A stretch of 64,000 nucleotides of DNA from Takakia lepidozioides. Lineage: Eukaryota > Plantae > Bryophyta. Location of the stretch: the NCBI GenBank assembly GCA_030704615.1, contig CM060734.1, positions 49,786,001-49,850,000 on the forward strand, written 5' to 3'. Positions within the stretch are counted from its first letter, which is position 1. Every line of letters starts with the position of its first letter. Of this stretch, positions 22,352 through 34,411 are shown in pieces. The notes beneath the pieces were generated by a model. That model was not told the origin of the DNA and did no database searches. It worked only from the letters and a program-made list of their open reading frames with translations. The translations under genes and the position numbers were made by a program.

Positions 22352-25300
22352 GGTGTCTGTGTAAGCGGTGTCGGTTGAGGGGGGATGATGGTAGTAATGT
22401 TTGGATTTTAGGGGGTATAAATGGCGGGTACCATGTGGATGAACGGCTAGGGAGAGGGGTTCAGAGTGTACTAGGTAAGGGATGTTAGGAAAGTGGGGGT
22501 GAGAGGGGTGTGACCAGATTGTGTGGATAGAGGGGTTGGGGGTTGGGGAGGTGGAACTAGTGGGCGATGTGTGTACGTGGAGGTCAATCATGGCGTTCTG
22601 AAGCGGGTGGGTTGGAGTGGGGGAGGGCCAAAGAGTGTTGTATAATAGAGTCGAGGGGTGGGAAATGTAAGATTTGTTTAGGGGTAGGGTCGAGATATAT
22701 GTAGTGTGGGGTTGTGGGGAAGATAATATCGAGTTATAGATAGTGAAGAAAGTGTTCGAGGGTAGTATCACAGTGTGGGCATTGGGGGGTGGGGTAGGGG
22801 ATAGGGCCAAGGAACAAAAGTTTTGGGATACTAGTGGAAAAAGAGTGGATGAGAAGTGGAGGTATGACGGGTGTATTTCCAAGGCCATATGATACGTCAT
22901 GGTGGTATGTTTCTTGATTGTATGAGTGGAGCGAGGGACTGTGGGAATATAGAGTAAATATGTGGTATCTATTGATGGGTGTGTAGGATTTGCCTAGAGG
23001 TGATACCATGGTATTAGTATATAGACGGTATTCGAGTGATAGTTATTAGAACCTGATTTGGGGTGTGTGGATTTTTGCATGGCGACATAATACGTCACCG
23101 TTTGAGGATTCTTGAGTATATAAATGGCACGGAAGTGTCTACTGTGGGAGTAAAAATTGAGCATATACCCGGGGGGTCAGGGTTATGATGGGCGCTCATT
23201 GAACCAAATATTGTATCTAGATGATGTAAATGAACGGTGTTTTGGGGTATGGTATTTGAGGGATGTTTGTGAGTAGTGTATACAAACAATATATATGGGA
23301 AGTGTATACGAGTGGTTAGCTGGAGTGTGGTCATAATGCACTGCATAATATAGGATGCAGTATGTGCGAGGGATGCACCATAGTAGTGTAAGATTGGAGT
23401 AGTGGTCTGGGGAGGTGAAGCAGGATATTGTATAAAAGCAGTGAATGTATGGGATATACTGTACACTTGGGGTATGATATAGGGTCTGGAGTATATACTG
23501 AAGTATTGAAGTGGTGTGAATGTATTTTGTGTGAAGTGGTGTAACAGTATCGCATAGGGAGAGTGATGGCGTGTCAGTAAAAAGAAGTTGGGAAGTGTAT
23601 GCAGGTGTGTCATCATATTGGTAATATAGTATGAGAATGTGTTGTGTGGGAGTGGTGTGAGGAAGTAGTGTGAGGGAGTGGTGTGAGGGAGCGGTGTGAG
23701 GGAGTGGTATGGTGATATGATGCTGGCTTGGATCCAGCAGTAAGTAAACCCCAGATGGGTATATAAAAAAATAGTTATCAAAGAAAATGAATTGGGGGTA
23801 ACAACCTAGCAACTTCATACTTAAAAAACAGCCAAGCTGTGTAACGATAATAAAAGCATAGTTAGGATGTGTTGTATAGCGGACGCCTGAAGCAAATGGG
23901 GGAGCTGGTGGTGTCGGTGTTGAGGTGCCCATCGGGGTGTCGGCGCATATGTGGTCAAAGGCAGGTGACTTTACTAAACATCTGAGGTCCAGTATGGCAT
24001 CCTTGTTATATGCTATTTCTTCATAGCTACCGAGTGGGGTCGAGAGCGTCAATGCTGTTGGTGGTGTGCGAGTACATGGGGGTATGCAGATAAGCCTGCA
24101 ACCTGCATCAAGAAGTGGGTGAATAAGATGATACAGTGGTGTTATGAGATCAAAGGCAATGTTATGTGAGTGCATCCAGTGAGAGTGGTGGTGTGGGAAT
24201 AGTACAATGGCGGGATTTATGTGACAAACATAGCTGCATATAGTAGTGCGAATCGGGTCTATACTATCCTGGGGGAGAACAACCGGGTATGTAAGAGAGT
24301 GAATTCCATGGACCAAAATAGAGAAAGCTTGATGGGTATCAGCGGTGTGGGTAGCGGGAGGCAGTATCAGTAAAGAACATGTAGGCAAACAGCATCAGCA
24401 GTGATAGGAAGAGCACATGAGCAAAATACCGTGCGGTTTCATAATTGACCAAAGGGATAGGGTGGAGCGAGTGCACCTGGCTGAAGCATCCGGGTTGTGG
24501 AGAGACAAGTGTGCTGGCTGATATGGCCAACGAACATACTTAGAGATGGCCAGACCAATGGGAGATCTGAAATGCAGCTTAGCAGCAGTAAAATAGGGAG
24601 CGGAGCTTTGTAAAGATAAATCCAACATATGAAAACATGGTTTATTTGATATAGTACATGTCCTTGAGACAAAGGGCATACAAGAAAAGAGAAAATTTGA
24701 TACAACTGCACTAGATACATGGCTTGATAAGGGCTTGTTGGGTGGTGCGGCAAAAGTCATAATAGTTTTCAAACTCTCGGCAGCAAAGAGCAATGTGCTA
24801 TGTGATATGGGTTCCACAGAGGCAAGTTGCCAAACATTATAAGTAGAGGGCAGAGTATACGATAGAGGCGCAATAGAGGTAGTTTTCAAGAGCTTGCTTT
24901 CAGGGAGCATGGTGCGGAAGGGTTCATGATACACATTCAGCATTAAGCTTGTGCCAAAGTTGGGCAGAGTATAAGTCACGAGCTTGTAAGAGCAAGAGAT
25001 AACAATTCTATAGAATGACACCAATGAGGAGAGTAAGATGGAACAAGGGCACCTTTGAGGGCTGTTGTATAACCAAAGTGCGTACAGTGGTTGGGCAGGT
25101 TGGGGGCGCTCCACAGTCACTCCCGAACATGGATGCTTGTTCATCTTCAGTAGCCAGTAGTACCGAGTAATGGTGAGCTGGGTTATGTAGTAGAATGTGT
25201 TATGATCAAAGGCAGATTGCACGTTGAATGAATTGGCTGCGTGGTTGAGGGGCCATGTGTTATAAATGGTGTCTCCCACAAGGGAGCGTTGTTTTAGAGA

Positions 25301-25379
25301 GAGAGCTTCTCGAGTGTGGCGGCAGATTTTGATAACAGAGTTGCCACTCAGATCGTTGTGTTGTGCAGACTTCATAGTA

Positions 25380-26690
25380 ATATTCGCCACAATTCCAGCT
25401 TTAATGATGTCAGGGTATGTGGAGCAAATGCACCTGAGAGTGGTGTGGTGGTGTTGATTTCGGAGGAGTGGGGAATTGGTCGGATGGCAGAGTACGCTGT
25501 GGGCGAGGCTCTGGCCTATAGCCGGTTGGGCACACAGAATTGCAGCCGACCAGCGCCAACATTGCTCGTGGATATCCGAAGCTTCTATACCACAATCATG
25601 TCGATCATAGCCTGCAATTATCGCACTCCAGGGAGCTACATCTGGTTCAGTCATATTGTAAGACACTTGACAAGCCTCGTTCATGTTCCCACATTTTGAA
25701 TACATGTCCAAAAGGGGAGTCTCCAGAATGATATCTGGTCTAATTCCAGCTTCAATGATGTCAGAGTGGACCTCCTGGCCCTTTCCCAGGGCTGCCAAAC
25801 TGGAACGCGCATTGAGAACCAAGATGAACGGGACATTGTTGAGCATTTGCACACTCCCATATTTGGCAAACATGTCAGCCAGGGCAGTCTCCAGACTGAT
25901 GTTCGGTGTCTTTTGAGCTAGGATGACACCGTCATGGACCTTTTTCGCCCTTTCTGAGGGTTGCAGGGCAGGTACATGTCAGTCCACAGAGTGGTGTGGG
26001 TGGATTCAGCTGCACATCTGGAGACAAGAGTGTTGCCCGTTGCTGCAACACCGGGGTGACACTGTTGGCAGCTGCAGCTTGACATGCATCCTTCATGCTC
26101 TCACATTTGGCATACATATCTGCAGGGGCAGTCTCCGGTCTGTTGAACACTCCCTTTTCATCATCAATGCACCTACATTTTACATACATGTCCATGAGGG
26201 TACTATTCAGAGTGACCTTTGGTACAATTCTAGCTTTGATAATGTCGCCATGCTCTATACCCTTTTCTAGAGCTGCCATGCTTGCACATGCACTGTAAAT
26301 GCACATAAACGTGCTGTGGTCGGGTTTCACCCCTTCCCCCAACATTTGATCATAGGTCTCCAAAGCTTCCATATCACGTCCCTGTTGCGCATACCCTGTA
26401 AGGGTCACATTCCAAGACACGACATCCCGTTCAGCCGTAGTGTCCAACACTCCCTGTGCCTCCTCGATGCATCCACAATTTGCATACGTGACCACTAGGG
26501 TATAGTTCATAATAACAGTCGGTACAATTCCAGCTCTGACGTGGTCGCTATTGATGATGTCAACATGAACAACCTTGCGCTTTACCAGGGCTGCCAGGCT
26601 TGCACAAGCATTGCAAATGCACACACATGCGATGTGGTTGGGCTTCAATCCTTCCACCATCATTTGATCATAGGTTTCCCGACATCTGTG
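25380..26690 (-). pseudogene. PLS-class pentatricopeptide repeat (PPR) pseudogene fragments
   Basis: LLDMYSKCGNMNEA, DVVSWNVTLTGYAQQG, GVKPDHSTFMCIYSACASMAALEKG; rearranged and degenerate. Confidence 0.85.
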
Positions 26691-27974
26691 ACAACTCCAA
26701 CTTTGACATGGCCAATCAGCCTGGCCTGCTGCTTCTGCTGTGGAGGCAGGGGTTGAGAAGGAAGTACCTCGAGCTTGAGATTGTGGCAGGTAGACACAGA
26801 CGCTGGCACAGTGTTGGCGAGAGTGCATTCATACTGTCTGGTGCAAGAAGCCACATAGTGCTTTGTAGAAGGCTTCACTGAGTCGTAAAAAAGGGGTGTC
26901 GGGCACAAAGTAGTGAGCACATAGCGATGTGAATGGTATGCTTGCGCGAGTATATCTGTCGCGTCGTAGCTCATTGCTTGATAAAAAGGGGGCAGGTGGT
27001 TGAGCTTCCAACTGTGAATGATGGGGTCCATTTCTGAGTGCCATCCATCAGCAGTGCAGGCCCGCAAACACTTTGTCTCAAGGGAGTTGGCAAGCTGACA
27101 ACCACGATGTGTGGAAGTCAGCCAGAAAATAATGCATAGAAAGACAACAATGTAATTTTGTGTCATGCCAGATGCCCACATCCTTGCTCTCCAAAAACTC
27201 ATCAAGAACGCCATATGCAGGAGCGCAAAAGTTAGGGAGCTGTAGCAGAAGAGATTTTTGTTCGGATTGAACTGGAAAAATACCAAAATCACCGGCGCGG
27301 CTTCTTCACCAAAGCAGACCAAGGTCGTCGGGCCTAGTACTTCGCCACCACGATCTAGGGAAGCCTGATAGTACTTTGTTCGTGAGTGAAGTTGCACATG
27401 AGCAAGCAAGCAGCAAGGGCACAAGATAATTTCCAAAAAGAGCTAGTACAATCAAATCGTCCTGAAAACCTGAAAGAAATGGCTTGAAAGAAGCGCCTAG
27501 GAGAGATGAGGGTCAACATAAGGGAATGAAGGGGTTGAGCACAACAGCTAGAGCACTGCATCAAAGGAAGCATCGAGTCGGACTATGGCGGCGGTCGTAG
27601 CTACACGCGCTAGCAGGTATTAAATAAGGAGCATCGCTAAAGAGGGTGAGAAAAAAACACGATAAAGAGGAAATAAAATAGCAGAACCCTAGATAGACAA
27701 TTTAGCGAAAAAGTCAGCTAAGAGTTGAGCGGGAAAGCGGAGCTCCGCGCTCCCGCCGGCCATTCCATCGTCATCACCTTGTGGTTATATACTGTTATAG
27801 TCCCTGGATATCAATTCCATTGTTTTGTTAAAGCCGAAATGTCCTACAGCCGGAAGATTATGACATGTTTGAAAAATTCGAAGTCGTGTAGGTCCTGGAG
27901 GTACATAGAGAAGTCCCTTGAAATAAAGTCATAAAATGCTGATACGACTGAAAAATAACAGACGTAAAAGTCGG

Positions 27975-29923
27975 GATCTGTTGTAGTGTAAAGTGCAAAT
28001 GCCACATCTTTTTTGATAGCTCTCATGAAAGCTCTAGCTCCAAGGAACAGCGGTTGAATACCTTTGATATTTCTACATTTTTGTCTTGCAGAAATTTTTC
28101 GCGATCGCCAGTCGATGTCAGGATTGTGAAGTACGAACCAGGGAAGTCCAAGGATCACAAGATTCGTTGGAGACTGGATGACGTTGAAAACAATATGTGA
28201 TGTTTGATCTGTAAGCTTCACTTCAAGTGGTCGAGTTTCATGGTCCACATTTCCTGATGCTAACGGTCGTCCCTCAATGATTTCAACGGGGGCCGAGAGT
28301 TTCTTCTTTACGAACGTTAAATTGTGTTGCTTCGCAAAGTTTTTGTCCATAAAACAAGCTGCAGCGCCTGAGTTCAAAAGTGCTTCTACAGAGTGCTTCA
28401 TATCTCGATTTTGCACTCTGATTTCTACTGGAACTGTGAAGCAAGGTGCATGGTCTGGAGGTAGAAAGAGACATTTTTTCGGTGAGGAATTTGTGGTGTT
28501 CAGCCACATGGTCCCTACTGTGACTGGACATCTTCATTTTTCGACCTCCTCGTATCGAACACTTGAGTTGCGCCCCGAGCTTTGAATCTTGTTGGGGCAG
28601 TTTAATGCTATGTGATCTTTTTCTTCGCAATAAAGGCATAATCCATTCGAGTGCTGTCTTTGTTTTTCTTATGGCGTCAATGGCTTGAATCGGACAACAT
28701 CAATCTGTATAGGATCACTACCGGATGTCTGATGGGTCGTTGTGTTTGGTGCCGTAGTAGCAGTGGCATGATGCGTCGTCGACCATCCAGATCGCTTCTC
28801 TTGACGTCTTTCGAACAAACGATTATCGCATGCAATGACTTGGGTGATGAATTCACTCAGTGTGCTCACGTTTGGCATTGTCAGCAATAAATCTTTTACA
28901 TCTTCTTTTAGCCCACATCGAAACTGACTAATGAGGCTCTTCTCATTCCAGTTGAGGTCGTATGCAAGTTGTCGAAATTCGGCAGCATAAACGAAAGGAG
29001 GACGTGCTCCTTGTCGAAGATTTCGCATCTTTGTCTCTGCAACTCTCTCTCTATCATTTTCTCCAAACGTTGCAGTGAACTTGGACATAAATGCTTCAAA
29101 ATTATATAATAAATGCGATTTTTTTTCTAATAGCAGTGCAAATCAAGAAAGGGCAGTGCCTGATAGAAGGGTGCCCACGAATCCCACTTGAATACTTTCA
29201 TCGGGGTAGCGTTGTGGATGTAGTGTAGGAACAGTCGTACTTGTTGAACAAAACCGCAAAATCTTGATCTCGTCCCATCAAATTTCTCGGGCATGCTGAT
29301 CTTTGGTTCTCTCGTAATTTGTTGAAGAGGAACCGTTGCAGTAAGAGTTGTTGCAGTAGGAACTTGTATGGTTAAAGATCCATTGCTCGACTCCTTTAAC
29401 TCTGAAATTTGTTGTTGCAAATTGTGGAGAACGTTGCCAAGATCTTGAGACTGATCAGCTTGCAATTGGGCGGTAGAGGTACGAAGTTCTTGCATCTGGA
29501 GTTGAAGACTTTGCAATGTGGCGACCATTTCCGCAAATGTGCATTCCATCTTAACTAACTAAGGAACAAACTTTAGTCTCGCCAAACTATCAAGGACGAG
29601 AACATGACTGAATACAAACAAGAGATCATACTAGAGGTACAAGACTTAACAAGAAGTCAAGGTCGGCGTGGCCGAATGTATGGTGGATAAACATGAATCA
29701 AGATTATATTTATAACAATGGACAAGAATACAAGATACTGGAACTCGACTCGAATACTGGAATGCTAGAAACTGGACTAGAGTACTGGAAGCTGGACTGG
29801 AGTACTGGGACTGGGAACAAGAATAGTTTGAACTTGTGTTGGCGAGACTGAAGAGTGGCCAGTCTAACTTAGTAACTTCTGGTATTTACTCCTGATAAGT
29901 TCGTCTGGGCTATGTTCGTGACA
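27975..29923 (-). mobile_element. 5' half of a second Ty3/Gypsy family (internally deleted 5' LTR, gag, knuckle, protease), truncated before RT
   Basis: LTR 29588-29923 matches 58985-59610; PEKFDGTRS; LRQG..YAAEFRQL; GLCLYCEEKDHIALNCP; ALLNSGAAACFMD; ILGLPW. Confidence 0.88.
29575..29585 (-). promoter_or_regulatory. Self-priming-type PBS TTGGCGAGACT, complementary to an 11-mer inside the LTR
   Basis: Lies 2 nt from the LTR end; its complement is at 29839-29849 and 59243-59253. Confidence 0.75.
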
Positions 29924-30038
29924 GAATCAGCTTCTCCAGCTCCTCCAGCTCTGCTTCCATTCTTGTTATTGCCCACAACAATGTCTCTCTTGGTATTTGC
30001 TGTGAATAATTTAGTGTCAGAGTTTGCCATCTATTGTA

Positions 30039-31040
30039 TTAGCTTCTCGTTTCTGCAGTCAATTGAGCATGAGTGTCGTTGAACTTGTACATAGTCCCCA
30101 GGGTGGAAATGCCAAACACCTGGCCAATATCCCCTCCGCGTATAGTGACATACCTCAATGTGTCTCGGTGTTGGGCAATAGCAAGATTCTCAAAAACCAT
30201 AGGCATGACTCTCTTAAACAACTCTGCCCGCTGGGCACATGCTTGTGTCCACATATCCGGATCATCAAGGTTGAGGACTACAACGGCCTCCCTGCGAATA
30301 GATGCAGGCAAATCCGGCTCTCGGCCAAAGAGAAGGAAATATGGTGAGAAGGAGGCAAGTGATGCTTGCTTGCTGAACCTGTAGCCCATGGCTAACCAAT
30401 GTACCTGAAGATCCCAATCTCCTAGGTGTCCCTTTTGCAAGCCATACTTGCGCAAACCCCTCTTCATTGTCTGAACCACTCTCTCTGCCAAGCCATCGGC
30501 CTCAGGATGATCCCGACAAGTGGTACGGTGGTCTATCAAGGCTTTATCACACAAAGCCTGAAACTCCCCCAAAAACTCTCTCCCTTGGTCCGTGAGTACC
30601 TCAGCTGGAGCACCGAATCGGCTAAGCACAGGATCCAGGAATGCATACGCAGCCCCCTCACTAGCCTTGTCAGGCAATGGAACCAACTCAATCCACTTGG
30701 AGAAGTGCTCTACCATCACCAACACATATCTGTGGTGACACATCGTCAGTGGCAAAGACCGTGCAAAGTCAAGACTCCACCTGTAGCCCAATCCCATGAT
30801 GGGTAAATGATGCAACTGTGGTGTAGGGGCGTTGAATGAAGCATGCACCCTGTCACACACCAAGCATCTAGCCACGAATTGTTGCACCTCTGTGTGCATA
30901 CCACGCCACCAATACTGCCCCTGCAGTAAACTATGAGTGTGTCGCATTCCAAAATGCCCCAACTCCTTATGGGCATGCCGTACTAACCGTGCACGCTGTG
31001 TTGGGTGAGGCACGATCCTCACCCGACCATCCTCCCACAC
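30039..31040 (-). CDS. Integrase (HHCC zinc finger plus DDE core)
   Basis: HKELGHFG..CLVC; WSLDF; EHFSKW; VLTDQGREF; HPEADGLAER; SPYFLLFGR. Confidence 0.92.
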   Translation of the reverse strand: MWEDGRVRIVPHPTQRARLVRHAHKELGHFGMRHTHSLLQGQYWWRGMHTEVQQFVARCLVCDRVHASFNAPTPQLHHLPIMGLGYRWSLDFARSLPLTMCHHRYVLVMVEHFSKWIELVPLPDKASEGAAYAFLDPVLSRFGAPAEVLTDQGREFLGEFQALCDKALIDHRTTCRDHPEADGLAERVVQTMKRGLRKYGLQKGHLGDWDLQVHWLAMGYRFSKQASLASFSPYFLLFGREPDLPASIRREAVVVLNLDDPDMWTQACAQRAELFKRVMPMVFENLAIAQHRDTLRYVTIRGGDIGQVFGISTLGTMYKFNDTHAQLTAETRS

Positions 31041-31718
31041 TCAAAGTAGGTGTATCCCCTCCCACTTGAACCTCTTGGCTCGTTGCAGGATCCAATCCCT
31101 CTCCTTGGCTGTCACACTAGCTGCCGTGTCTCCAGTGCGGAGGTAGTCCACCACAATCGAATCCTCATGTATATCTCTGGCACCACCTGGCTCATCACTA
31201 GCCTCAACTCCGTCTACAGTCATCCCTATTGTAGGTCCAACCTGACTTCCCGATGCCAAGATACACAAAAAAGTAGATGCATGTCATCTCGGCACCATCT
31301 CCTCGTCCGTCTCACCATGCCACCGAGCTCCAGTGTCATCCTGCTGGCTCGTGCATGGATTGCGACTCAATCCATCCGCATCCCTATTGACCAAACCCGG
31401 TTGATGCACAACCTGAACATGTCTCTCATGCTCATCCACCGTAACACGAGAGGCAAAGCAATTCCTGTAAGCCTCAGGAACCGCCGTATATGTCGTCTCT
31501 CTCCTCTAGTGACAATGGGTCCAATGTCAGGCTCCCAATTGCCCTTCGTAACTGCAACCTTAAGTCCAGCAGACTTAGAGGTAGAGGACGCGTCCCGTGG
31601 TTGCTATGCCGCAACCTCTTGAGCAGTACTCCCTACTTGCTCAGTCAATGACAAGGCCTCATCCTGCCCCATCATCTCATCCTTGAGGACCTCCTCAACC
31701 TAAGAAGAATCCCCAACC

Positions 31719-32981
31719 TCATCCATCACAGCCGCCTTGGCTGCCAACTCCCTCTAAACCTCGAGCACCTCCCACGTGTGCCATGGGATGTCTACACCCC
31801 GTGGTCTTCACCGGCTCGCCCCCACTCACTGCCTGTATCGTCTCGATAGGTAGAGAGACCGTCAAGGGAAGTGCACTCCGCACTCTACATTGCTCAGCCA
31901 TAGCCAACCTGATAATCCAGGTCAAGCAATTGAGATCCATTGCTTGCCCCAACACCTGACGACTTGATGCCTCTGAAAGAGAAGGCACCGCCGTGGTCCC
32001 AGTGGAAAAACCCATAGCCCGCTCTCGTTCGTCGGCATTAGGCTCCACTAACAGCTGCAACTGAGCATCCCACAGGAGGCTAGGTCCACTATCCCGGAAA
32101 GCATGCGATCCTGGGAAGCTGAGTAGTGTAGGTAGTGCTGCTCGTGGTTGACCCACCTTGTTGACCATTGCCAAAGGCAAACGGTCATCGTGTCTCACAT
32201 ACTGAGACTGCCTCCATGTGTCCAAAATGCTATCAACTGTGAGGTGTGCTGGCCGCTGCACCCCATCTAATGCATGCTTGAGCAGTGCAGGTGACATCAA
32301 GTTAGTCCACCATAACCGTGGACGATGAGCCCGTGACCCCACTACAGCTGCATCCAGCAACACTGCTGACCCAAGCCACGACCGGACTTGATGCACACTG
32401 GCCATCACCCTGGCCCGAGAATCGCCCATCAGTGGCACATTCTCCAAGATGTATGCTGAAGATATAGCCTGATGAAGCTGTAAGTGGCGCAAAACCCGCA
32501 CCATCTCCCAAAACAGACCCGACCTCGAGTTTCGCAATCCATTGCCATGCCCGGCTGATGAATGCCCTTGGCAGGGCCAACCTGCCACTACCAAATTAAT
32601 GGAGCCAATCCGCTCCAAATCCTGCGCCTCCAACAAGGAGATGTCTGCTGGCAAGGCCTGCTGATATCCACGAACCATAGACACCGGCAACAACTCAGGG
32701 TACTGCTGCACCAACTGAGTAACATGGCGTAGGGAGACGCATCGTGCAGTCTCATCCCTCTCCACATACAGGTAACGTCGTACTCGTACACCTGCCTGTA
32801 GAACAGCAGCCAACCCGGTGCTGATCCCGCCAAACAAGTCCAGAAGGCAAATGCCTTCATCCGGACACTGCCACACGATCGGTGTGGTGTCCAATGGTGA
32901 CAACTGAGGTGGTTTTGGTGTAATCCCCACACTGTCATCCTCTCCTGATGGTACAAAAGCCTCTACCCAGGCTTGTTGCAC
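31719..32981 (-). CDS. C5-cytosine DNA methyltransferase domain (DNMT3/DRM-like catalytic core) within the retroelement polyprotein
   Basis: Motif I LDLFGGI, motif IV AGWPCQGHS, motif VI ILENVP, motif VIII HRPRLWWTN, motif IX ERERAMGF, motif X VLGQAMD, all in one uninterrupted ORF. Confidence 0.92.
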   Translation of the reverse strand: MQQAWVEAFVPSGEDDSVGITPKPPQLSPLDTTPIVWQCPDEGICLLDLFGGISTGLAAVLQAGVRVRRYLYVERDETARCVSLRHVTQLVQQYPELLPVSMVRGYQQALPADISLLEAQDLERIGSINLVVAGWPCQGHSSAGHGNGLRNSRSGLFWEMVRVLRHLQLHQAISSAYILENVPLMGDSRARVMASVHQVRSWLGSAVLLDAAVVGSRAHRPRLWWTNLMSPALLKHALDGVQRPAHLTVDSILDTWRQSQYVRHDDRLPLAMVNKVGQPRAALPTLLSFPGSHAFRDSGPSLLWDAQLQLLVEPNADERERAMGFSTGTTAVPSLSEASSRQVLGQAMDLNCLTWIIRLAMAEQCRVRSALPLTVSLPIETIQAVSGGEPVKTTGCRHPMAHVGGARGLEGVGSQGGCDG

Positions 32982-33199
32982 ACGTCAATCAGCAACCCGC
33001 TGCAAATCCTTGCTCGAGCCCCACAATGGAGTGTGAGCAACCATGGCAGACAACTCTGCCATACCATACATGTCATCCTGCTCTCCCGGAGGTGACACAT
33101 CCTCTAAATGAGCGTTGCCCTCAAGCAACTCTCCAGGCCAACTCACTACAGCTGTGAATGCTGCCAGTGTTGGCATCTTGCCTCGCTGGGCAACCGTAA

Positions 33200-33620
33200 C
33201 TCCTCCTATGAATGTCACAGGGAACTACACACGCCGGCCCTCCCCTGACTGCCATCCAGGCCTATAGGAAGCTGACTCGTCCCAAAAATCCAGGGTGAAA
33301 CCCATGGGCTACAACACTGCCCCACCAACAAGGATATCGTACGAGACCGCGTCTGTCACAATGGCCTTGGCTCTCATCACCGAGCCATCTGTAGGATGAT
33401 TCGTTTGTAGTCGGATAGCCAACTCATGCCATGTCATGCCCCGAGCCTGCTCTGATCCTCCCAAAGATGTCTATATCTGGAAAAGGCACGGCTCCATATC
33501 CGCCTTCGTGAGGCCCAAGCTTGCAATAGCAGCTCTGCCCAACATCAATGGCTGAGCTCTCGAGTCCAACAAGACCCGCAGTGGCCAGTACCTCTTGCCA
33601 GCCGGTCCACTCAAACAGAA
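33200..33620 (-). pseudogene. Retropepsin-like aspartic protease of the DNMT element
   Basis: RVLLDSRAQPLMLG..SYDILVGG, in the same frame as the DNMT, with three TAG stops. Confidence 0.75.
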
Positions 33621-34411
33621 AATGTCATCCTGGTTGTCTAACATGACAACTCCAGGTGTCACTATGGCGCGCTCAATGGCTGGCCTAGCTGACAGCTTCA
33701 TCAACCTGGCAGCTGCAGCTTGCCATGGCGCCACCGTGGCAGTCTTGACCCTCACATCCGAGGATCCCTCCGGCACTACACCTCCCACTATCTCCGCAGA
33801 AGATGAAGTAACCTCCCCACTCTCACAGAGTGTAGCTGCCAGCCTGAACACCTCAGCTGGTCTTACCCCCGGCGTCGCAATCATGGTAACCGAGAACAAT
33901 GGAGCCTGACACACAGCTGTGGCCATCCCCAGCAACATACTAGCTGCCGTAGCCTTGGCAACACTAGGTAGTGGTACTGCCCGTGTAGCTCTCCCCAATG
34001 GCATAGTAACCTCCGCCTTGGTAACAGTCGGGCGAGAACTAGGTGCCATGGACGGCGTCGACACTGTCTCCGCCAATGTGAATGACTGAGGAAGCCTGGT
34101 CTGACGGCTTGCCTCCCCACGCTGTGGATCCAACTCCACCTCCGCACCCCGTGGCTCAGGAACTCGTGTTGTTTCTCGAGTCACTGCCGCAGCTGACTCC
34201 ACTTGCACTAGTGGTAGTCCTGCCCCGCACATAGTGGTAGTGGTGCCCCACCCACAGTGGTAGTGGTAGTGGTAGTGGCACCCCTTACTAGTGGTAGTGC
34301 TGCCCCGCACATGAATCCCATGCCTCCCATGTCTCCTCCCTCAGGAGCAGGAGGTGGACCATCCGGCCTTGGAGCCGGTACCACCTGAGCTGTGGCCATA
34401 GCAGCAAGCCT

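Larger units (their letters stand above)
17065..24390 (-). mobile_element. Large non-LTR retrotransposon (Dualen/RandI-like LINE), degenerate and apparently 3'-truncated
   Basis: APE motifs (ITWNV, LQETK, AGDFN, LDGF, DHYPV); RT motifs (PGPD, YRPIALANTIYKL, QEGF, YIDFKNAFGSLDH, QGDTLSP, AYADE, PYTYLG); C-rich sense strand; many frameshifts. The clade assignment is recalled similarity only. Confidence 0.85.

Noticed and set aside
23095-23781. His/Thr/Tyr-rich ORFs as host proteins
   Set aside because: They reflect the C/A-rich compositional bias of the LINE 5' region.
24395-25873. 492-aa ORF as a real PPR fusion protein
   Set aside because: Only the first third is degenerate PPR; the remainder has no recognisable motifs and looks like chance read-through.
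31719-32981. Bacterial restriction-modification methylase or contamination
   Set aside because: It is in frame with a retroviral-type protease and flanked by gag and integrase, with no restriction endonuclease nearby.
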